From a virus: a stretch of 48,027 bases of DNA. Every line of letters starts with the position of its first letter. The stretch's first letter is position 1. Of the stretch, positions 42,261 through 48,027 are shown one piece after another. The notes under the pieces were generated by a model. The model did not search any database and was not told the DNA's origin. It worked only from the letters and a program-made list of their open reading frames with translations. Where the stretch lies: the IMG/VR virus record IMGVR_UViG_3300027860_000014. One strand, written 5' to 3'. Both the position numbers and the translations under genes were made by a program.

Positions 42261-42523
42261 TACTCAGGTTCGTCCTCATCATCGTCAACTATCTCAGCAA
42301 ACTCGATATCTATGAGAGGGACAAGAAGAACTGGAATAGCCCCCTTCCCCTTGTCTCTCATAACTGTGACGTGTTGAGACGTAAAGATTAGGAAACCGTC
42401 CGCTAGAAGTTCACGGCCATTCTTACAGACAATGGCGTACGTGTCTGTGGGGAACTGATCAGACTGATTGGCCGCTTTACCCCCGGGCATTACCTTAAAG
42501 ATATTATTGTTGTCGTTGTCCAT
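42260..42523 (-). CDS. Hypothetical protein with an acidic tail (87 aa)
   Basis: ORF with 1-nt junctions. Confidence 0.5.
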   Translation of the reverse strand: MDNDNNNIFKVMPGGKAANQSDQFPTDTYAIVCKNGRELLADGFLIFTSQHVTVMRDKGKGAIPVLLVPLIDIEFAEIVDDDEDEPE

Positions 42524-43279
42524 TTAGAATGTAACTTCCTTCACCTGTGGTTCTCTGACCACTTTTGTCAAGAATTTCGGGCCCGATGAGTAAAGAAATG
42601 TCCGAAGACCTAAACCACCATTGGCGTCCGCCCAACATCTAGTTTTATGATTGCAATAAGAGCAACCCACACCCAAAGCACGATTGCCTGACTTACCCTC
42701 CTCCTCGTCCGGATAACACCTTTCAGGAGGCTCGGGCTGATCAACCACCTCTTTTATATAGTCGATCCGGGATTCCACATCAAAGACACTCAGTTCCGCC
42801 TTTGTGTACGGTAGATACGCTAGGTGTCCGTTTTGCTTGTCAACGGCGAGGAAGGCCCCGTCGGTGTCACGGGCCTTGGCGTAACCAGCTATCTGCTCGA
42901 TGTAGCCAAATGGATCATCGTGCTGTAAAGACCCATCCGCGAACTTACGAAAAGCATGTGTGCTCGCGGACTTAACATCGACTGTTACTCCATCTATGTC
43001 TGCGTCGATATGTCCCTTAATACCTTTGAGGTGTACTTCAGCTTGCCTAGCCTCCACGCGATGGCCAGCGAGATCGGCGAGGAAAAGTACCAACTGCTCA
43101 ATGACATCACCGAACATGAATTTAATAAGCGTTGGCGCAGGAAGCTTCTCTTCATTTCCATACCTTTTGTCGTACCAGAGTTGGCGTCCACCCTTGCCAA
43201 TATTTGACATTCTAAGGGTGAACGCCCTGTCACCACCCGCCTTACGGGCCCTTAATCGGTCGGCAATGAGATCACCCAA
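42524..43279 (-). CDS. PD-(D/E)XK (Cas4/RecB-like) exonuclease with a C-terminal Cys cluster
   Basis: GHIDADIDGVTVDVKS (D..D/E-x-K) and C..CSYCNHKTRC. TTG start at 43279 or ATG at MSNIG. Confidence 0.65.
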   Translation of the reverse strand: MGDLIADRLRARKAGGDRAFTLRMSNIGKGGRQLWYDKRYGNEEKLPAPTLIKFMFGDVIEQLVLFLADLAGHRVEARQAEVHLKGIKGHIDADIDGVTVDVKSASTHAFRKFADGSLQHDDPFGYIEQIAGYAKARDTDGAFLAVDKQNGHLAYLPYTKAELSVFDVESRIDYIKEVVDQPEPPERCYPDEEEGKSGNRALGVGCSYCNHKTRCWADANGGLGLRTFLYSSGPKFLTKVVREPQVKEVTF

Positions 43280-43349
43280 GGTACGGCCAAATTCAGTAGC
43301 CTGAGCCTCGGTGACTTCACTGCCTTCCTCAACTACTCGATAGATATCC

Positions 43350-43523
43350 TCAACTAGTTTTTGCAGGGGGATTAATCTTATTCAAAACAGCCTGGGCGTC
43401 CGCCTCAGCTTGCTTGATGACAGTGAGGGCCTTGTCTAGTGCGGGGGTGTTAGTAATTCCCGCATAAGCTCCCGCCAGGAATGCAACAATAGCAATAAAG
43501 AAATCAACAAAAATATGTACCAT
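43350..43523 (-). CDS. Small membrane protein (57 aa), below the ORF-track cutoff
   Basis: TAATG junction with the SSB gene. Product MVHIFVDFFIAIVAFLAGAYAGI... has one transmembrane helix. Confidence 0.5.
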   Translation of the reverse strand: MVHIFVDFFIAIVAFLAGAYAGITNTPALDKALTVIKQAEADAQAVLNKINPPAKTS

Positions 43524-43978
43524 TACGCAGCGTCCTTTTCCCAGCTATCATCTTCTTCTTTAACGGGGAACTCGCCCCCTTCGTACTTAACAAGATCCCA
43601 TACTTGGAGGCTCAGAATATTAGCCGCCTTCTGGTTCTTGCCGTACTCGTTAATAGCGAAGTTAACGTGAACAGTAGACCCATTACCAATCTTAACTCGG
43701 TTGTCCCACGGCTCACCGCGATGATCGACAATTCGAATTGGCTGATTGGGCTTTTGTTCACCCGTAACTAGATCGGTCTTAAATTCTTTGCGCTTGAAGC
43801 TGATGTATGGGCCATTGCCCTTGTCCTTAATCTTGGACCCAAGCCCCTCCGCCTTCAGCTTTTCGACGGTGGCTTCGTCAACATAAACATCAATAGACCA
43901 TTCTTTAAACTTATTTTCGTATCCCCAAACGGGATCACCAATTACTTTGGCCCACTTGGCCTTACCACGAATTAACAT
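43523..43978 (-). CDS. ssDNA-binding protein (T7 gp2.5-like, acidic C-terminal tail)
   Basis: OB-like pattern GNGSTVHVNFAINEYG..LSLQVWDLV and the tail EEDDSWEKDAA. Positioned in the replication module. Confidence 0.55.
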   Translation of the reverse strand: MLIRGKAKWAKVIGDPVWGYENKFKEWSIDVYVDEATVEKLKAEGLGSKIKDKGNGPYISFKRKEFKTDLVTGEQKPNQPIRIVDHRGEPWDNRVKIGNGSTVHVNFAINEYGKNQKAANILSLQVWDLVKYEGGEFPVKEEDDSWEKDAA

Positions 43979-44049
43979 TCAGTCTTTTTCCTATCGGATT
44001 TTTTGTTATTAGTTTTGTTTGGTGGGTCTAAAGCCCTATCACTATTGTA

Positions 44050-44077
44050 AGTATAACACATCTTAGTATTAAGTCAA
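44050..44077 (-). promoter_or_regulatory. sigma70-like promoter for the SSB operon (TTGACT-N16-TATACT)
   Basis: Minus strand reads tcTTGACTtaatactaagatgtgtTATACTtac. Confidence 0.55.
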
Positions 44078-44092
44078 GAAAAAGTTTAGCTA

Positions 44093-44120
44093 TTGACAAA
44101 GTTAGAAAATAGTATAAAAT
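44093..44120 (+). promoter_or_regulatory. sigma70-like promoter TTGACA-N16-TAAAAT, oriented antisense to the neighbouring genes
   Basis: TTGACAaagttagaaaatagtaTAAAAT, lying back-to-back with the SSB promoter. Confidence 0.5.
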
Positions 44121-44149
44121 ATCTTTAAGCGGTTGGTAAATATACCTTA
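44093..44149 (+). repeat. Promoter-plus-leader cassette, copy A (inverted copy of 8306-8362)
   Basis: See 8306-8362. Confidence 0.9.
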
Positions 44150-44166
44150 ATAGGTGGCATGGGCCC

Positions 44167-44352
44167 TTAAGTCAGATCGAAGGGAATAACCTCCCAGCGA
44201 TTGTTGGAATTAAGACACCATACAATAAGATCACTATTACGAAATTCCTTGAATATTTCATCTGGTATAGTGATCAAATAAGTCCCATGCCCATCATCTC
44301 GAATATACGACTTGTACTCATGGGTAGGACGGAATTTACGCTTAGTTATCAT
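44167..44352 (-). CDS. Hypothetical protein (61 aa)
   Basis: ORF just downstream of the DNA polymerase gene. Confidence 0.5.
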   Translation of the reverse strand: MITKRKFRPTHEYKSYIRDDGHGTYLITIPDEIFKEFRNSDLIVWCLNSNNRWEVIPFDLT

Positions 44353-44360
44353 TCTTCAAC

Positions 44361-46193
44361 CTAATGACACTCGCTCCAATTGGCACCAATCTTAAATTCT
44401 CCTGTAAATGGTACTTTGCATCCAAGCCACTCACCAGCCTGTTTGATTGCTGTAACGCAAGTAGCTCCAACGGATTCCGCATCTCTCGGGTCGCTGTCAT
44501 GTTGTCCCTCATCGTGAATTGATCCCACAAGTAAACTGTCCAAGCCAAGACGTTTGATCTCTCGTCTTGCAATAATGGCCGCAACCTTCATCAAGATTGC
44601 TCCTCCAGATTGTAGCTTATAGTTAAGCGCTGCTGACTTAGATGGACACCGTACGTATCCGCCATCAATCGTCTTAAGCAGGCCTCCCATATGGTTGAAT
44701 TCGTCTCCGATTCCTGCAACCAAACGGGCAAGGCCGGGTGTTCCTTTCTCAAGAATTTTGCGAGCCTGAGCGCCATATTTTCCAGCGTCATCACCTTGAA
44801 GTTCCGGCTTGAGCGTACGACCGAGTTTAGGATCTCCCGCTCCATAAAGATATGCGTAGAATCCGTTTTTGACAGTGATATCCCGCATGTCGTCTGACAA
44901 TCCGAGGTTACGAGTGTTGAGTAGATGCGGGTCACCAGTGGTGAACAGGGCAGTTGCCGCCGGATCTGCAAGATATTCAGCAAACATTCGCATTTCAAGA
45001 CCGCTGGCATCATATCCAACTTCCACTCTTCCTGGCCTAGCTCGCCAGAGTCGTCTGCACTCAATTCCATATTTCACCTTTTTCTTAGCTTTAGGTATGT
45101 TCATCGTATTCGGTTTGGACCCGATCATACGACGAGTTGTGGCGGCACAGGTCAGAACCCTACCGTGCATACAGTGATCATCGTAATTCACATGGTCTAG
45201 CCAACCTTCAACCATAGTGGCCCGACCCTGAAGTACAATCCACTCGGCAATGGCCTCAACCTCTGGTCTTCCCGACTGCTCGGCAAAAGACATAAGACTC
45301 TCTTCATCAACCTTCGGAAAGCCCTTCTCGGTGAAGTCCTTAGGTTCCCACCCGAGCCCGAGAAGCCTGTTAACTCTCTGGATAGGAGATCCAATATTGA
45401 AGTCTCGGTACTCTAGTGTTGTGTAGGTCCCGTCTCCGTTGTCTCGGATTTCAGGAAACGTTCGTACATGTCGAAGGTAAGTTTCATACTCTGAACCGTC
45501 TTTTCTAGTTCGTCTAACATACGTACCCGCTTCTTCAAGTCTACTCGGAAATAACTCATGTATTGCAGATTCTTTACTTGTCTGTGTAAATCGCAAATGT
45601 CCCGCCAGAGACTGTGCTCCAGGGATGTCAAAGTACCATCCGTTTCTTTCTTGCTCATCAATTACCTCTCTTATGTGGTGCTCAATCTCACAAGACATCT
45701 CACTAAAGCCAGCACGGATCATACGAACCCATAGGGCTTTGGCGATCTTCTTACCTAGTCTAACGTCCTGTTGGCAGTACTTGTCCATGTCTGGGCTATA
45801 AGCAGACCAGTCACTAAAATCGCCCTTAGGGTCGTGGAGACGATCTCCCCAAGCTGCAAGACTATGACCACCAGGCATCGCAGGATCATAAAGATAAGAG
45901 AGAACAAGGGTATCAACAGAATTTCCAATGTTTGCACTACCCTGTACAAGACGTGCAGTATGAACCATATCGTATGAGACAATATTGTGTCCCACAAAGA
46001 AAACTTCCTGGCCCCTGAGTTCATCGAAAAACCTCTTTATCTGTTCATGGCCCACAAATGAGTGAACTTCATCCTGATCCATGCGGGATGCACACATCAC
46101 CCAAAGCTTGCTGGGCCAAAGCGAGTCCGCCTCACAATCTATATACCAATACTTATGGTACTCCTCGGGCTTCGGCAGATACTTCAAACCCAA
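44361..46193 (-). CDS. Family A DNA polymerase with a 3'-5' exonuclease domain (T7-like, Tyr at the Phe762-equivalent position)
   Basis: IDCEAD, HNIVSYD and YCQQDV (exonuclease). GYDASGLEMR (motif A), RDITVKNGFYAYLYGAG (motif B), VGSIHDE (motif C). TTG start with a GGAG ribosome-binding site. Confidence 0.9.
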   Translation of the reverse strand: MGLKYLPKPEEYHKYWYIDCEADSLWPSKLWVMCASRMDQDEVHSFVGHEQIKRFFDELRGQEVFFVGHNIVSYDMVHTARLVQGSANIGNSVDTLVLSYLYDPAMPGGHSLAAWGDRLHDPKGDFSDWSAYSPDMDKYCQQDVRLGKKIAKALWVRMIRAGFSEMSCEIEHHIREVIDEQERNGWYFDIPGAQSLAGHLRFTQTSKESAIHELFPSRLEEAGTYVRRTRKDGSEYETYLRHVRTFPEIRDNGDGTYTTLEYRDFNIGSPIQRVNRLLGLGWEPKDFTEKGFPKVDEESLMSFAEQSGRPEVEAIAEWIVLQGRATMVEGWLDHVNYDDHCMHGRVLTCAATTRRMIGSKPNTMNIPKAKKKVKYGIECRRLWRARPGRVEVGYDASGLEMRMFAEYLADPAATALFTTGDPHLLNTRNLGLSDDMRDITVKNGFYAYLYGAGDPKLGRTLKPELQGDDAGKYGAQARKILEKGTPGLARLVAGIGDEFNHMGGLLKTIDGGYVRCPSKSAALNYKLQSGGAILMKVAAIIARREIKRLGLDSLLVGSIHDEGQHDSDPRDAESVGATCVTAIKQAGEWLGCKVPFTGEFKIGANWSECH

Positions 46194-47827
46194 ACTTCAA
46201 TCTCCGCATTACCACCCGAATTGTACACCTTAATCTGCTCATCACTCAGCTCGGTCAACCGGCCCGTGTCCTCATTATAGTGCAAGTAAGTGGCTGGGCC
46301 CGTCCTACCACAGAAACGATTCTTATCAATAACAAGCTTGGTTATGTTCCTTCGCCATTTGTCTTCACTAAGATTCTCCCGATAGAGTTTGATGACGATA
46401 TTCGCCAGTTGTTCCACTCCCATAGTGCCTCTAATTTCGCCTTGTCTATTGACGTGGATAACGGCAATGACCGCGATGTTGAGTTCCATGCAGAGCGTTT
46501 TGATTTTCGTCGAGATCTCATCTAGTTGCTTTCGTTCATCACCCGACTGATCAGAAACAACAATACTAAGGTGATCAAGTACAATATATTTGCACCCAAG
46601 ATTAACCATATGTCTGATTTTGTTGAGGATTTCCTGGACACTATTAGAACCAAAGTGATCATAAATAACAAGCTTATCAGTATTGACAGTCCGATCAAAG
46701 TAACCACGAAGGTCCTCCTGAGTAACCTCTTGCCTGATGTCTGGCAGGTGCAAGGGTAGATTGGCCTCGATGGACATGAGCCCTAAAGCTGTGTCCGAGT
46801 TCGGCTCCTCCAGGTGAAGAAGTCCAATACCCGCATCTGGCTTCTCTTTTCGAATGTGATATTCGATTTCTTTGAGAACTGATGTCTTTCCTACCCCAGT
46901 CTTGGCGGTGACAATGACCAGCTCCGAGAGCCTTATTCCGTACGTCTGTGAGTTAAGACCGGCCCAAGGATAGGAAACCGTCTCGTAGTTCTTGGGCGTA
47001 CTGATCTCGTCCCACATGTCCCGGCCAATCTTGAGACCCGTGGGAGTGAACGTCGGGGCGGCCCACCATTCACGATTGAATTTGTCTCGCCAGCCCTGCT
47101 TAAGGTAATCGTTGGCGTCTTTGGCGTCCGCAAGGGTGAGTATTTTGACCTTACCAATTGGAAACATTCCGGCAACCGCCAGAGCAGCTTCCTGGCCGGG
47201 ATAGCGGATTTCACCAGTCTTTTCGTTGACTTTAGCCTCATCCTTATCGAAACAAATGACAATATGCGGAAAGGAGTTCAGATACTCAAAGTTACTGGCA
47301 ATGTCTTTTGCCGCCCCTTCGGCTCCATTCTTAACGGACACAAAAGGCCAACGTGAGCCGGTCAGCTCGTAACCCGCAAGAGCGTCGTACTCACCTTCCG
47401 TAATGGTAATGTACTTAGCAGAGCCCGGGGGAAATATGTTCTGCCCAAACAGATCGGACTGCTTGATGTCGCCTTCAGAATAGAAGACCTTATCAGGCTT
47501 TCTGACTTTATTAGCTAAATGAATCTTATCATTAAAATAGGGAAAGTAAGTTGTACTACCCTCCCGCCATACTCCGTACTTCTCTGCAGTTGACTTCGAT
47601 ATTACTCGGTCTTCCAGAGGTACGAATGTCTTTCCGAGTTCAGTCAAAGTACCTGGCAATTTGTCTTTTTCTTTTTTGGCCCATGGGTAACTAGAAGTAC
47701 CACACGAGAAACAGTAGCTATGCCCATCTGAGTAGAATGCGTTAGCGTCACTTGACCCGCAGTTCTCGCAACTTAAGTGCTTCGTGAATTTCGATTGGTC
47801 TGTAATTCGTGTGCTCCATACTAACAC
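46184..47827 (-). CDS. Bifunctional primase-helicase (T7 gp4-like)
   Basis: Zn finger CENCG..CFSCG, TOPRIM ITEGEYDALA and CFDKDEA, Walker A TAKTGVGKTS, Walker B YIVLDHLS. GTG start. Confidence 0.9.
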   Translation of the reverse strand: MLVWSTRITDQSKFTKHLSCENCGSSDANAFYSDGHSYCFSCGTSSYPWAKKEKDKLPGTLTELGKTFVPLEDRVISKSTAEKYGVWREGSTTYFPYFNDKIHLANKVRKPDKVFYSEGDIKQSDLFGQNIFPPGSAKYITITEGEYDALAGYELTGSRWPFVSVKNGAEGAAKDIASNFEYLNSFPHIVICFDKDEAKVNEKTGEIRYPGQEAALAVAGMFPIGKVKILTLADAKDANDYLKQGWRDKFNREWWAAPTFTPTGLKIGRDMWDEISTPKNYETVSYPWAGLNSQTYGIRLSELVIVTAKTGVGKTSVLKEIEYHIRKEKPDAGIGLLHLEEPNSDTALGLMSIEANLPLHLPDIRQEVTQEDLRGYFDRTVNTDKLVIYDHFGSNSVQEILNKIRHMVNLGCKYIVLDHLSIVVSDQSGDERKQLDEISTKIKTLCMELNIAVIAVIHVNRQGEIRGTMGVEQLANIVIKLYRENLSEDKWRRNITKLVIDKNRFCGRTGPATYLHYNEDTGRLTELSDEQIKVYNSGGNAEIEVWV

Positions 47828-48027
47828 AGACGTAACGCTTGTCGTTTTTCACCTGCTGATAGTGGAGGTGCCCATGTATATTAGTACCAAACCTATCCAA
47901 GCTGTCTGGATGAATAGGTATGTGAGACAGAATAACCTTATTACCCTCTTTGTCTTTCTGTACAACGCAAGACCTTATGTCATCAAAGAATGGGAGATAG
48001 TCCTCGATTTTAAAGATGTCATGATTA
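47748..48027 (-). CDS. Metallophosphoesterase, C-terminal part (47748-47900) plus the duplicated junction segment
   Basis: Continuation of 1-378: ...LDRFGTNIHGHLHYQQVKNDKRYVCVSMEHTNYRPIEIHEALKLRELRVK, stop at 47748-47750. Confidence 0.7.
   Translation of the reverse strand, partial: NHDIFKIEDYLPFFDDIRSCVVQKDKEGNKVILSHIPIHPDSLDRFGTNIHGHLHYQQVKNDKRYVCVSMEHTNYRPIEIHEALKLRELRVK
47901..48027. repeat. 127-bp end overlap, identical to 1-127
   Basis: Exact identity by inspection. Confidence 0.95.

Noticed and set aside
44151-44170. Tiny plus-strand ORF (ATG GGC CCT TAA) after the antisense promoter copy
   Set aside because: Three codons are too short to call. The similarity between the two cassette copies ends before it.
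44342-45070. Minus-strand ORFs 44342-44584 and 44591-45070
   Set aside because: They are alternative frames inside the DNA polymerase gene, whose own frame carries motifs A, B and C.
1-48027. Z-genome (PurZ), hydroxymethyl-pyrimidine, 7-deazaguanine or DGR systems
   Set aside because: I recognised none of the following:
- a PurA-like ORF (GDEGKGK);
- a ThyA-like hydroxymethylase;
- DpdA/QueC;
- a glycosyltransferase;
- a reverse transcriptase.

The thymidylate synthase present is an ordinary ThyX.

Overview
The window is a complete, circularly closed genome of about 47.9 kb. Bases 1-127 are identical to 47901-48027, which is an assembly end-overlap. It belongs to a virulent tailed dsDNA phage of a Gram-negative host.

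Layout:
- **Plus-strand late block (14.0-37.9 kb).** Small and large terminase, a P22-like portal, scaffold and coat, gp4-like adaptor and gp10-like hub candidates, tail and fibre genes, three ejection-protein candidates including a 1519-aa polyvalent protein, and a lysis cassette (holin, SAR lysozyme, embedded Rz/Rz1).
- **Minus-strand block (47.9 to 38.0 kb, continuing through the junction 13.4 kb to 1).** T7-like primase-helicase, family A DNA polymerase, gp2.5-like SSB, PD-(D/E)XK exonuclease, T7 endonuclease I homologue, DEDDy exonuclease, class II RNR, ThyX, HAD-like and metallophosphoesterase genes, and many small early ORFs.
- **Not found by eye.** No RNA polymerase, integrase, tRNA or rRNA gene. 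Transcription therefore appears to rely on host sigma70-type promoters, several of which are near consensus.

Most notable observations:
1. An eight-gene translationally coupled operon (2209-8204) combines three amide-bond ligases (ATP-grasp, Amidoligase_2-like, phiEco32-type COOH-NH2 ligase) with class I and class II glutamine amidotransferases. Its product is unknown.
2. A GC-rich 26-nt hairpin-containing repeat is present three times in the early operon. Two copies are in a repeat, 32 nt, repeat geometry. The promoter-proximal early protein has a lambda/P22 N-like arginine-rich N-terminus.
3. A promoter-plus-leader cassette is duplicated in inverted orientation. One copy fires antisense in the SSB-DNAP intergenic region.
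4. There is a sharp G+C mosaic between the genome halves.

All functional calls come from motif recognition by eye, not from database searches.
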